Notes under the pieces: generated by a model
Told to the model about the DNA's origin: nothing
Databases searched by the model: none
What the model saw: the letters and a program-made list of their open reading frames with translations, nothing else
From: Camelus ferus
Lineage: Eukaryota
Reading direction: 5' to 3'
Assembly: GCF_009834535.1 (NCBI RefSeq)
Contig: NC_045696.1
Coordinates: forward strand, 122,204,001-122,268,000
DNA length: 64,000 nt
Shown here: piece by piece, positions 25,701 to 39,277 of the stretch
Layout: the number at the start of each line of letters is the position of its first letter
How positions within the stretch are numbered: position 1 is the stretch's first letter
Translations under genes and position numbers: made by a program

Positions 25701-28700
25701 CCGGTATGAAGTTCCTGCACTTTTCACTGTAAATACGAGTTGGAGCTAGTACCTCCCCAAATATATGTATGGATTGGAGTTTGCAACTGAAAAGAAAATT
25801 TGTGTTCCCAACAAGCTAGTTGAACTACGGCTTTCACACACATTTATCTCTCAGAACTGAGCATGTGGAGATACGTTCTTTCATCTAGCACAAAGGGATC
25901 GGTTTGCAGGAGAAACTTTTACTCTGGTTACCCAGTCTGTTTCCTAGTGCCTTTTTGAAGTTCCTGCAGTTTTCACTGTAAAATTGAGTTGGAGGTAGTA
26001 CCAACCCATCTATATGTATGGAGTGGAGTTTGCATCTTATAAGAAACTATGTGTTCCCAACAAGCTAGGTTAAGGACGGCTTTCAAACACAATTATCTCT
26101 CAGAACTGAGCATGTGGAGAGACGTTCGTTCATCTAGCACAAATGGAACGTGTTGCAGGGGAAACTTTTACTCTGGTTTCCCAGTCTGTTTCCTAGTGCC
26201 GGTTTGAACTTCCTGCAGTTTTCACTGTAAAAGGGAGTTGGAACTATTACCTCCCCATAGATATGTATGCAGCGTAGTTTGCAACTGAAAAGAAACTGTG
26301 TTCCCAACAAGCTTGTTGAAGGACGGCTTTCACACACAATTATCTCTCAGAACTGAGCATGTGGAGAGACGTTCGTTCATCTAGCACAAAGGAACGTGTT
26401 GCAGGAAAAACTTTTGTTCTGGGTTCTCAGTCTGTTTCCTAATGCAGGTTTGAAGTTCCTGCAGTATTCAGTGTAAAACAGATTTGTAGATAGTACCTCC
26501 CCATAGATATGTATGGAGTGAAGTTTGCAACTGAAAAGAAACTTTGTGTTCCCAACAAACTCGGTGAAGTCGGATTTCACACACAAATATTTCTCAGAAA
26601 TGAGCATGTGGAGAGACGTTCGTTCATCTATCACAAAGGGAACGGGTTGCAGGAGTAACTTTTACTCTGGTTTCTCAGTCTGTTTCCTAGTTCCGGTTTG
26701 AAGTTCCAGCAGGTTTCACTGTAAAACCGAGATGGAGCTAGTACCTCCCCATAGATATGTATGATTGGATTTTACTACTGAAAAGAAACTTAGTGTTACC
26801 CACATGCTAGGTTAAGGACGGCTATCACACACACTTATCTCTCAGAACTGAGCATGTGGAGAGACGTTCTTTCATCTAGCGCAAAGGGAACAGGTTGCCG
26901 GAGAAACTATTACTGTGGTTCTTAGTTTGTTTCCAAGGGCCGGTTTGAAGTTCCTGCAGTTTTCACTGTAAAACCTAGTTGGAGCTAGTACCTCCCCATA
27001 TATATGTATGGTGTGGAGATTGCAATTAAAAAAAACTTAGTTTTCCCAACTAGATATTTGAAGGACCGCTTTCACACATAATTATCTCTCAGAACTGAGC
27101 ATGTGGAGAGACGTTCGTTCATCTAGCACAAAGTGAACGGGTTGCATGAGAAACTTTTACTCTGGTTTCTCAGTCTGATTCTTAGTGCCGGTTTGATGTT
27201 CCTGCAGTTTTCATTGTAAAACCGAGTTGGAGCGATTACGTCTACATATATATATATGGAGGGTAGTTTGCAACTGAAAAGAAGCTGTGTTCCCAACAAG
27301 CTTGTTGAAGGACGGTTTTCACACACAATTATCTCTCAGAAATGAGCATGTGGAGAGACGTTCATTCATCTAGCACAACGGGAACGTGTTACATGAAAAA
27401 ATTTTATTCTGGTTTCTCAGTCTGTTTCCTAGTGCCGGATTGAATTTCCTGCAGTTTTCACTGTAAAAACGAGCTGCAGCTTGTACCACCCCATATAAAT
27501 GTATGGATTGGAGTTTGCAACTTCTAAGAAACTATGTGATCCCAACAAGCTAGGATAAGGATGGCTTTCAAACACAATTATCTCTCACAACTGAGCATGT
27601 GGAGAGACGTTCGTTCATCTAGCACATAGGGAACTGTTTGAAGGAGAAACTTTTACTCTGGTTACCCAGTCTTTTCCTAGTGCCGGTTTGAAGTTCCTGC
27701 AGTTTTCACTGTAAAATCGAGTTGGAGGTAGTACCAACCCATATATATGTATGGAGTGGAGTTTGCAACTTATAAGAAACTATGTGATCCCAACAAGATA
27801 GGATAAGAACGGCTTTCAAACACAATTATCTCTCACAACTGAGCATTTGGAGAGACGTTCGTTCATCTAGCACAAAAGGAACGGCTTGCAGGAGAAAATT
27901 TTACTCTGGTTTCTCAGTCTGTTTCCTAGTGCCGGTATGAAGTTCCTTTAGTTTTTACTGTAAAAAGGTGTTGGAGCTTGTACCTCCCCATAGATATGTA
28001 TGGACTGGAGTTTGCAACTGAAAAGAAACTTTCTGTTCCCAACAAGATATTTGAAGGACGGCTTTCACACACACTTATCTCTCAGAAATGAGCATGTGGA
28101 GATACGTTCGTTCATCTAGCATATAGGGAACTGTTTGAAGGAGAAACTTTTATTCTGGTTTCTCAGTCTTTTTCCTAGTGCAGGTTTGTAGTACCTGCAG
28201 TTTTCAGTGTAAAACCTAGTTGATCTAGTACCAACCCATAAATATGTATGGATTGGTGTTTGCAAATTATAGAAACTTTGTGTTCCCAACATGCTAGGTG
28301 AAGGACGGCATTAAACACACACATATCTCTCAGAACTGAGCATGTGGAGAGACGTTTTTTCATCTAGCAAAAAGGGAACTGTTTGCAGGGGAAACATTTA
28401 CCCTGGTTTCTCAGGCAGTATCCTAGTGCCGGTTTGAAGTTCCTGCACTTTTCACTGTAAATACGAGTTGGCGCTAGTACCCTCCCCATATATATGTATG
28501 GATTGGAGTTTGGAAATGAAAAGAAACTTTGTGTTCCCAACAAGCTAGGTGAAGTACGGCTTTCACACACATTTATCTCCCAGAACTGAGCATGTGCAGA
28601 AACGTACTTTCATCTAGCACAAAGGGAACGGTTTGCAGGAGAAACTTTTACTCTGGTTACCCAGTCTGTTTCCTAGTGCCGGTTTGAAGTTCCTGCAGTT

Positions 28701-31700
28701 TTCACTGTAAAATCGTGTTGGAGGTAGTACAAACCCATATATATATATGGAGTGGAGTTTGCAACTTATAAGAAACTATGTGATCCCAACAAGCTAGGAT
28801 AAGGACGGATTTCACACACAATTATCTCTCAAAACAAAGCATGTGGAGAGACTTTCGTTCATCTAGCACAAAGGGAACGGGTTGCAGGAAAAAAATTTTA
28901 CTCTGGTTTCTCAGTCAGTTTCCTACTGCCAGTTTGAAATTCTCTCCATTTTTCACTGTAAAATAGATTTGGAGCTTATACATCCCAATATATTTGTATG
29001 GAGTTTGGTTTGCAACTGAAAAGAAACTTTGTGTTCCCAATAAGCTAGGTGAAGGACGGCTTTCACACACATTTATCTCTCAGAACTGAGCATGTGGAAA
29101 GACGTTCGTTCATCTAGGACCAATGGAAATGTTTGCAGGAGAAACTTTTACTCTGGTTACCCAGTCTGTTTCCTAGTGCCGGGTTGAAGTTCCTGCAGTT
29201 TACACTGTAAAACCGTGTTGGAGCTAGAACCTCCCCATATATATGTATGGAGTGGAGTTTGCAAATTATAAGAAACTATGTGATCCCAACAAGCTAGAAT
29301 AAGGACGGCTTTCAAACACAATTATCTCTTACAACTGAGCATGTGGAGAGACGTTCATTCATCTAACACAAAGGGAAAGGATTGCAGGAGAAATTTTTAC
29401 TCTGGTTTCTCAGGCTGTTTCCTAGTGCCAGATTGAAGTTCCTGCAATTTTCACTGTAAAACCGAGTTGGAGCTAGTACCTCCCCATATATATGTATGGA
29501 TTGGAGATTGCAACTGAAAAGAAACTTTGTGTTCCCAACAGGATAGTGAAGAACTGCTTCCACGCACACTTCTCATTCAGAACTGAGCATGTGGTGAGAC
29601 GTTCGTTCATCTAGATTAAGGGAAAGGATTGTAGGAGAAACTTTTACTCTGATTTCTCCGTCTGTTTCCTAGTGCCGGTTAGAAGTTCCTGCAGTTTTCA
29701 CTGTAGAACCAAGTTGGAGCTAGTACTTCCCCATATATATGTATGGAGTGTAGTTTGCAAATGAAAATAAACTTTGTGGTCCCAAAAAGCTAAGTGAAGG
29801 CGGCTTTCACATCCAATTATATCCCAGAAATGAGCATGTTGAGAGACGTTCGTTCATCTAGCACAAAGGGAAAGCGTTGCCGAAGAAACTTTTACTCTGG
29901 TTTCTCAGTCTGTTTCCTAGTGCCGTTTTGAAGTTCCTGCAGTTTTCACTGTCAAACAGAGTTGGGAGCTAGTACCTCCCCATAAATATGTATGGAGTTG
30001 GGTATGCAACTGAAAAGAAAATTTGTGTTCCCAAACTACCTAGTTGAAGCACGGCTTTCACACACACTTATCTCTCAGAACTGAGCATGTTGAAAGACGT
30101 TCGTTCATCTAGCACCAATGGAACTGGTTGCAGGGGAAATTTTTACTTTGGTTTCTCAGTCTATTTCCTAGTGCCGGATTGAAGTTCCTGCAGTATTCCC
30201 TGTAAAACCGTGTTGGAGATAGTACCACCCCATATAAATGTATGGAGTGGAGTTTGCAACTGAAAAGAAACTTTGTGTTCCCAACAAGTTATGTGAAGTA
30301 CGGCTTTCACACACAATTATCTCTCAGAACTGAAATGTGGAGAGACGTTCGTTCATCTAGCACAAAGGGAACGGTTTGGAGGAGAAACATTACTCTGCTT
30401 TCTCAGTCTGATTCCTATTGCCGGTATGAAGTTCCTGCAGTTTTTCTGTAAAAGGGTGTTGGAGCTAGTACCCTCCCCATAGATAGGTATGGACTGGAGT
30501 TTGCAACTGAAAAGAAACTTTGTGTTCCAACAAGCTAGTTGAAAGACGGCTTTCACACACAATTATCTCTCGGAACTGAGCATGTGGAGAGACCTTCATT
30601 CATCTAGCACAAATGGAACGTGTTGCAGGAGAAAACTTTTACTCTGGATTCCCAGTCTGTTTCCTAGTGCCGGTTTGAACTTCCTGCAGTTTTCACTGTA
30701 AAAGGGAGTTGGAGCTAGTACCTCCCCATAGATATGTATGGACAGGAGTTTGCAAATGAAAAGAAACGTTGTGTTCCCAACAAGCTAGGTGAAGGACGGC
30801 TTCACACACAATTATCTCTCAGAACAAAGCATGTGGAGAGACTTTCGTTCATCTAGCACAAAGGGAACGGGTTGCAGGAAAAAATTTTACTCTGGTTTCT
30901 CAGTCAGTTTCCTACTGCCAGTTTGAAGTTCTCCATTTTTCACTGTAAAATAGATTTGGAGCTTATACATCCCAATATATTTGTATGGAGTTTGGTTTGC
31001 AACTGAAAAGAAACTTTGTGTTCCCAATAAGCTAGGTGAAGGACGGCTTTCACACACATTTATCTCTCAGAACTGAGCATGTGGAAAGACATTCGTTCAT
31101 CTAGCAACAATGGAACTGGTTGCAGGAGAAACTTTTACTCTGGTTACCCCGTCTGTTTCCTAGTGCCGTTTTGAAGTTCCTGCAGTTTTCACTATCAAAC
31201 AGACTTGGAGCTAGTACCTCCCCAAAATATGTATGGAGTTGGGTATGCAACTGAAAAGAAAATTTGTCGTGCCCAACTACCTAGTTGAAGCACGGCTTTC
31301 ACACACACTTATCTCTCAGAATTGAGCATGTTGAAAGACGTTCGTTCATCTAGCACCAATGGAACTGGTTGCAGGGGAAATTTTACTGTGGTTTCTCAGT
31401 CTATTTCCTAGTGCCGGATTGAAGTTCCTGCAGTTTCCCTGTAAAACCGTGTTGGAGCTAGTACCACCCCATATAAATATATGGAGTGGAGTTTGCAACT
31501 GAAAAGAAACTTTGTGTTCCCAACAAGCTAGATGAAGGACGGCATTCACACACACTTATCTCTCAGAACTAAACATGTGGAGAGAAGTTCGTTCATCTAG
31601 CACAAAGGAACCGGTTGCAGGAGAAAATTTTACTCTGGTCTCTCAGTCTGTTTCCTAGTGCCGGTTTGAATTTCCTGCAGATTTTACTGTAAAAGGGTGT

Positions 31701-31950
31701 TGGAGCTTGTACCTCCCCATAGATATGTATGGACTGGAGTTTGCAAATGAAAAGAAACTTTGTGATCCCAACAAGCTATTTGAAGGACGGCTTTAACACA
31801 CACATATCTCTCAGAACTGAGCAGGTGGAGAGACTTTCGTTCATCTAGCACAAAAGAACGGGTTGCAGGAGAAACTTTTACTCTGGTTTCTTAGAATTTT
31901 TCTAGTGCCGGTTTGAAGTACCTGCAGTTTTCATTGTAAAACCTAGTTGG
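10771..31950 (+). repeat. 26-monomer HOR, unit ~6456-6464 bp, ~3.3 near-identical copies (starts ~10771, 17227, 23687, 30151)
   Basis: Identical or near-identical ORFs recur at 11355/17811/24272, 13217/19673/26134, 14205/20662/27123 and 16441/22900/29363. 6458/26 is about 248.4. The match begins at 'gtttctcagtctatttcc' (10771) and breaks at ~31952 (ggagctagtacc vs ggatctagttcc). Confidence 0.96.
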
Positions 31951-32229
31951 AGCTAGTACCAACCCATATATATGTATGGATTGGTGTTTGCAACTTATAA
32001 GAAACTTTGTGTTCCCAACAAGCTAGGTGAAGGACGGCTTTCACACACACTTATCTCTCAGAACTGAGCATGTGGAGAGACGTTCGTTCATCTAGCAAAA
32101 ACGGAACGGGATGCAGGAGAAATATTTACTCTGGTTTCTCAGTCTGTTTCCTAGTGCCGGTTAGAAGTTCCTGCATTTTTCACTGTAAAAGCGAGTTGGA
32201 GCTAGTACTTCCCCATATATATGTATGGA

Positions 32230-34560
32230 GTTGGGTTTGCAACTGAAAAGAAAATTTGTGTTCCCAACTATCAAGGAGATGGACGGCTTTCACACACACT
32301 TATCTTTCAGAACTGAGCATGTGGAAAGACGTTCGTTCATCTACCACAAAAGGAACGGTTTGCAGGTGTAACTTTTACACTGGTCTCTCATTCTGTTTCA
32401 TAGTGCCGGTTTGAAGTTCCTGCAATTTTCATTGTAAAACCTAGTTGGATCTATTACCAATCCATATATATGTATGGAGTGGAGTTTGCAACTTATAAGA
32501 AACTTTGTGTTCCCAAAAAGCTAGGTGAAGTACGGCATTCACACACAATTTCTCTCAGAACTCAGCATGTGCAGAGACGTTCGTTCATCTAGCACAAAGG
32601 GAACGTTTGCAGGTGAAACTTTTACTCTGGTTTCCCAGTCTGTTTCCTAGTGCCGGATTGAAGTTTCCTGCAGTTTTCACTGTAAAAGCATGTAGGAGCT
32701 AGTACCTCCCCATAGATATGTATTGACTGGATTTTGCAACTGAAAAGAAACTTTGTGTTCCCAACAAGCTAGTTAAAGGATGGCTTTCACACACACTTAT
32801 CTCTCAGAACTGAGAATGTAGAGACGTTCGTTCTTTTAGCACAAGTATACAGGTTGCAGGAGAAACTTTTACTTCTGGTTTCTCAGTCTGTTTTCCTAGT
32901 GCCGGATAGAATTTCCTGCAGTTTTCACTGTAAAACCGAGTTGGAGATAGTACCACCCCATATAAATATATGGAATAGAGCTTGCAACTGAAAAGAAACG
33001 TTGTGTTCCCAACAAGCTAGGTGAAGGACGGCTTTCACACACACTTATCTCTCAGAACTGAACACGTGGAGAGACGTTCGTTCATCTAGCACAAAGGGAA
33101 CGTGTTCCCGGAGAAACTTTTTCTCTGGTTTCTCAGTCTGTTTCCTAGTGCCGTTTTGAACTTCCTGCAGTTTTCAGTGTAAAACAGTGTTGGAGCTAGT
33201 ACCTCACCATAGATATATATGGATTTGGGTTTGCAACAGAAAAGAAAATTTGTGTTCCCAACTATCAAGGAGATGGACGGCTTTCACACACACTTATCTC
33301 TCAGATCTGAGCATGTGGAAAGACGTTCGTTCATCTACCACAAAAGGAACGGTTTGCAGGAGTAACTTTTACTCTGGTTTCTCAGTCTGTTTCATAGTGC
33401 CGGTTTGAAGTTCCTGCAATTTTCATTGTAAAACCTAGTTGGATCTATTACCAATCCATATATATGTATGGAGTGGAGTTTGCAACTTATAAGAAACTTT
33501 GTGTTCCCAAAAAGCTAGGTGAAGTACGGCATTCACACACAATTTTCTCTCAGAACTCAGCATGTGCAGAGACGTTCGTTCATCTAGCACAAAGGGAACG
33601 TTTTGCAGGTGAAACTTTTACTCTGGTTTCCCAGTCTGTTTCCTAGTGCCGGATTGAAGTTCCTGCAGTTTTCACTGTAAAAGCATGTAGGAGCTAGTAC
33701 CTCCCCATAGATATGTATTGACTGGATTTTGCAACTGAAAAGAAACTTTGTGTTCCCAACAAGCTAGTTAAAGGATGGCTTTCACACACACTTATCTCTC
33801 AGAACTGAGAATGTAGAGACGTTCGTTCTTTTAGCACAAGTGGAACAGGTTGCAGGAGAAACTTTTACTCTGGTTTCTCAGTCTGTTTCCTAGTGCCGGA
33901 TAGAATTTCCTGCAGTTTTCACTGTAAAACCGAGTTGGAGATAGTACCACCCCATATAAATATATGGAATAGAGTTTGCAACTGAAAAGAAACGTTGTGT
34001 TCCCAACAAGCTAGGTGAAGGACGGCTTTCACACACACTTATCTCTCAGAACTGAACACGTGGAGAGACGTTCGTTCATCTAGCACAAAGGGAACGTGTT
34101 CCCGGAGAAACTTTTCTCTGGTTTCTCAGTCTGTTTCCTAGTGCCGTTTTGAACTTCCTGCAGTTTTCACAGTGTAAAACAGTGTTGGAGCTAGTACCTC
34201 ACCATAGATATATATGGATTTGGGTTTGCAACAGAAAAGAAAATTGTGTTCCCAACTATCAAGGTGATGGACGGCTTTCACACACACTTATCTCTCAGAT
34301 CTGAGCATGTGGAAAGACGTTCGTTCATCTACCACAAAAGGAACGGTTTGCAGGAGTAACTTTTACTCTGGTTTCTCAGTCTGTTTCATAGTGCCGTTTT
34401 GAATTTCCTGCAATTTTCATTGTAAAACCTAGTTGGATATAGTACCAATCCATATATATGTATGGAGTGGAGTTTGCAACATATAAGAAATTTTGTGTTC
34501 CCAACAAGCTAGGTGAAGTACGGCATTCACACACAATTTTCTCTCAGAACTCAGCATGTG
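32230..34560 (+). repeat. 4-monomer HOR (994 bp, ~2.3 copies)
   Basis: 'cccaactatcaagg' at 32263, 33257, 34251; 'aaagcatgtaggag' at ~32685 and ~33680; ORFs 33464 and 34458 are offset by 994 bp. Confidence 0.92.
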
Positions 34561-35049
34561 GAGAGACGCTCGTTCATCTAGCACAAAGTGAAAGGTTTGC
34601 CGGAAGAACTTTTACTGTGGTTTCTCAGTTTGTTTCCTAGTGCCTTTTTGAAGTTCCTGCAGTTTTCACTATAAAACCGAGTTGGAGCTAGTACCTCCCG
34701 ATATATATGTATGGATAAGAGTTTTCAACTGAAAACAAACTTTGATTTCCCAACAAGCTAGTTGAAGGACGGCTTTCACACACACTTATCTCTCAGAACT
34801 CAGCATGTGGAGAGACTTTCGTTCATCTAGCACAAATGGAATGGGTTGCAGGTGAAACTTTTACTATTGCTACCCAGTGTGTTTCCTAGTGCAGGTTTGA
34901 AGTTCCTGCACTTTTCACTGTAAAAGCGAGTTGGAGCTTTTACCTCCCCATAGACATGTATGGACTGGAGTTGCAACTGAAAAGAAACGTTGTGTTCCCA
35001 ACAAGCTAGGGGAAGGACGGCTTTCACACACACTTATCTCTCAGAACTG

Positions 35050-37030
35050 AGCATGTAGAGAGATTTTCGTTCATCTAGCACAAAGGGAACGGCTTGCAGG
35101 AGAAAATTTTACCCTGGATTCTCAGTCACTTTCCTAGTGCCGGTTTGAAGTTCCTCCAGTTTTCACTGTAAAACAGATTTGGAGCTTGTACCTCCCCATA
35201 TATTTGTATGGATTTGAGTTTGCAACTGATAAGAAACTTTGTTTTCCCAACAAGCTAGTTGAAGGACCGCTTTCACACACATTTATCTCTCAGAACTGAG
35301 CATGTGGAAAGACGTTAATTCATCTAGCACCAATGGATCTGTTTGCAGGGGAAACTTTTACTCTGGTTTCTCAGTCTGTTTCCTAGTGCCGGATTGAATT
35401 TCCTGCAGTTTTCACTGTAAAACCGAGTTGGAGATAGTACCATCTCCATATAAATGTATGGAATAGAGTTTGCAACTGAAAAGAAACGTTGTGTTCCCAA
35501 CAAGCTAGGTGAAGGACGGCTTTCAAACACACTTATCTCTCAGAACTGAACACGTGGAGAGACGTTCGTTCATCTAGCACAAAGGGAACGGTTTGCAGGA
35601 GAAACTTTTACTCTGCTTTCTCAGTCTGTTTCCTAGTGCCGGTTTGAAATTCCTGCAATTTTTACTGTAAAAGTGTGTTGGAGTTAGTACCTCCCCATAG
35701 ATATGTATTGACTCTTGTTTGCAACTGAAAAGAAACTTTGTGTTCCCAACAAACTAGATGAAGAACGGCTTTCACCCACACTTATCTCTCAGAATTGAGA
35801 ATGTGGAGAGACGTTCGTTCTTTTAGCACAAGGGGAACAGGTGGCAAGAGTAACTTTTACTCTGGTTTCTCAGTCTGTTTCCTAGTGCCGGTTTGAAGTT
35901 GCTGCAGTTTTCATTGTAAAACCTAGTTTGATCTAGTACAAACCCATATATATGTGTGGAGTTGTGTTTGCAACTTATAAGTAACTTTGTGTTCCCAACA
36001 ACCTAGGTGAAGGACAGCTTTCACACACACTTATCATTCAGAACTGAGCATGTGGAGAGACGTTCGTTCATCTAGCAGAAAACGAACGGGTTGCCGGGGA
36101 AACTTTTACTCTGGTTTCTCAGTCTGTTTCTAAGTGCCGGTTTGAATTTCCTGCAGTTTTCACTATAAAACAGATTTGGAGCTTGTACCTCCCCATATAT
36201 TTGTATGCATTTGAGTTTGCAACTGATAAGAAATTTTGTTTTCCCAACAAGCTAGTTGAAGGACCGCTTTCACACACATTTATCTCTCAGAACTGAGCAT
36301 GTGGAAAGACGTTCATTCATCTAGCACCAATGGAACTGTTTGCAGGGGAAACTTTTACTCTGGTTTCTCAGTCTGTTTCCTATTGCCGGATTGAATATCC
36401 TGCAGTTTTCACTGTAAAACCGAGTTGGAGATAGTACCACCCCATATAAATGTATGGAATAGAGTTTGCAACTGTAAAGAAACGTTGTGTTCCCAACAAG
36501 CTAGGTGAAGGACGGCTTTCACACACACTTATCTCTCAGAACTGAGCATGTAGAGAGATTTTTCGTTCATCTAGCACAAAGGGAACGGCTTGCAGGAGAA
36601 AATTTACCCTGGATTCTCAGTCACTTTCCTAGTGCCGGTTTGAAGTTCCTCCAGTTTTCACTGTAAAACAGATTTGGAGCTTGTACCTCCCCATATATTT
36701 GTATGGATTTGAGTTTGCAACTGATAAGAAACTTTGTTTTCCCAACAAGCTAGCTGAAGGACCGCTTACACACACATTTATCTCTCAGAACTGAGCATGT
36801 GGAAAGACGTTCATTCATTTAGCACCAATGGAACTGTTTGCAGGGGAAATTTTACTCTGGTTTCTCAGTCTGTTTCCTAGTGCCGGATTGAATTTCCTGC
36901 AGTTTTCACTGTAAAACCGAGTTGGAGATAGTACCATCTCCATATAAATGTATGGAATAGAGTTTGCAACTGAAAAGAAACGTTGTGTTCCCAACAAGCT
37001 AGATGAAGGTTGGCTTTCACACACACTTAT
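35050..37030 (+). repeat. Two-monomer block repeated locally at 4- and 6-monomer offsets
   Basis: 'gcatgtagagagatttt..accctggattctcagtcactttcc' at ~35051 and ~36546; 'cagatttggagcttgtac..aactgataag..gaaggaccgc' at ~35174, ~36171, ~36669. Confidence 0.8.
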
Positions 37031-39177
37031 CTCTCAGAACTGAGAATGTGGAGAGACGTTCGTTCATCTAGCACAAACGAACGGGTTGCCGGGGAAACGT
37101 TTACTCTGGTTTCTCAGTCTGTTTCTAAGTGCCGGTTTGAATTTCCTGCAGTTTTCACTGTAAAACCGTGTTGGAGCTAGTACCTCTCCATATATATGTA
37201 TTGAGTGGATTTTGCAACTGAAAAGAAACTATGTGTTCCCATCAAACTAAGTGAAGGCGGATTTCACATCCAATTATCTCTCAGAAATGAGCATGTGGAG
37301 AGAATTTCGTTTATCTAGCACAAAGGGAACGGGTTGCAGGAAAAAATTTTACTCTGGTTTCTCAGTCAGTTTCCTAGAGCCTGTTAGAAGTTCCTCCAAT
37401 TTTCACTGTAAAATATATTTGGAGCTTGTACCTACCCATATAATTGTATGGATTTGAGTTGGCAACTGAAAAGAAACTTTGTGTTCCCAACAAGCTAGGT
37501 GAAGGACGGCTTTCACACACATTTATCTCTCAGAACTGAGCATGTGGAAAGACGTTCGTTCATCTAGCACCAATGGAACTGGTTGCAGGAGAAACTTTTA
37601 CTCTGGTTACCCAGTCTGTTTCCTAGTGCCGGTTTGAAGTTCCTGCATTTTTCACTGTAAAACCGAGTTGGAGGTTGTACCAACCCATATGTATGTATGG
37701 AGTGGAGTTTGCAACTTATAAGAAACTATGTGTTCCCAACAAGCAAGGTTAAGGACGGCTTTCAAACACACTTATCTCTCAGAACTGAGCATGTGGAGAG
37801 ACGTTCTTTCATCTAGCACAAAGGAACGTGTTGCAGGACAAACTTTTACTGTGGTTTCTCAGTATTTTTCCTAGTGCGGATTTGAATTTCCTGCAGTTTT
37901 CACTGTAAAACATGGTTGGAGATAGTAATTCTCCGTATATATTTATGGAGTGTAGTATGCAACTGAAAAGAAATTTTGTGTTCCAAAACAAGCTAGCTGA
38001 AAACGGCATTCACACACAATTTCTCTCAGAACTGAGCATGTGGAGAGACGTTCGTTCATCTAGCACAAAAGGGAACGGTTGGGAGTAATTTACTCTGGTT
38101 TGTCAGTCTGTTTCCTAGTGCCGGCTTGTATTTCCTGCAATTTTCACTTAAAACCGAGTTGGATGGTAGTACATCCCCATATATATGTATGGAGTGTAGT
38201 TTAAAACTGAAAAGAAACTTTGTGTTCTAAAAAGCTAAGTGAAGTACGGCTTTCACACACACATATTCCTCATAACTGAGCATGTGGAGAGAACTTCATT
38301 CATCAAGCACAAATGGAACGGGATGCAGGAGAAACTTTTACTCTGGTATCTCAGTCTGTTTCCTAGTGCCGGTTTGATGTTCCTGCTGTTTTCACTGTAA
38401 AACCGAGTTGGAGCTAGTACCTCCCCATAAATATGTATGGATTGGAGTATGCAAAAGGAAATACAGAATGTGTTCCCAACAAGATATTTGAAGAACGGCT
38501 TTCACAAACACTTATCTCTCAGAACTGAGCAAGGGGAGAGACATTCGTTTATCTAGAACAAATGGAACGAGTAGAAGGAGAAAATTTTACTCTATTTTCT
38601 CAGTCTGTTTCCTAGTGCCGGTTTCAAATTCCTGCAGTTTTCACTGTAAAAGGGTGTTGGAACTAGTACCTCCCCATAGATATGTATGGAGTGGAGTTTG
38701 CAAATGAAAAGAAACTTTGTGTTCCCAACAAGCTAGTTGAAGGACGGCTTTCACACACAGTTATCTCCCAGAACAGAGCATGTGGAGAGACTTTCGTTCA
38801 TCTAGCACAAAGGGAACGGCTTGCAGGAGAAACTTTTACTCTGGTTTCTCAGTCAGTTTCCTAGTGCCGGTTTGAAGTTCCTCCAGTTTCACTGAAAACA
38901 GATTTAGAGCTTGTACCTCCCATATATTGTATGGATTGAGTTTGGCAACTGAAAACAAACTTTGTGTTCCCAACAAGCTAGGTGAAGGACGGCTTTCACA
39001 CACATTTATCTCTCAGAACTGAGCATGTGGAAAGAGTTCATTCATCAAGCACCAATGGAACTGTTTGCAGGGAAACTATTACTCTGGTCTCAGTCTGTTT
39101 CCTAGTGCCGGATTGAAGTTCCTGCAGTTATCCTGGAAAACCTAGTGGATCTAGTACAAACCCATATATATATATAT

Positions 39178-39277
39178 NNNNNNNNNNNNNNNNNNNNNNN
39201 NNNNNNNNNNNNNNNNNNNNNNNNNNNNNNNNNNNNNNNNNNNNNNNNNNNNNNNNNNNNNNNNNNNNNNNNNNNNN
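39178..39277. other. Assembly gap, exactly 100 N (placeholder of unknown true size)
   Basis: Run of 3+60+37 N. The left side ends at the 'cccatatat' part of a monomer and the right side restarts at the 'ggtttgaa'-equivalent position, so monomer phase is not consistent with a true 100 bp gap. Confidence 0.99.

Larger units (their letters stand above)
1..39177 (+). repeat. Tandem satellite array, ~248-249 bp monomer, ~158 copies, subfamily L (GGAGCTAGTAC/GGAGCTTGTAC, GCAACTG)
   Basis: GAGCATGTGG recurs at 28, 276, 525 and onward. By-eye consensus: cacacacttatctctcagaactgagcatgtggagagacgttcgttcatctagcacaaagggaacgggttgcaggagaaacttttactctggtttctcagtctgtttcctagtgccggtttgaagttcctgcagttttcactgtaaaaccgagttggagctagtacctccccatatatatgtatggagtggagtttgcaactgaaaagaaactttgtgttcccaacaagctaggtgaaggacggctttca. 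No non-repeat interruption seen. Confidence 0.98.

Noticed and set aside
39164..39177. (AT)n microsatellite at the contig end
   Set aside because: It is the monomer's own 'catatatatg' tract, slightly extended as at ~8369 and ~15816, and truncated by the gap.
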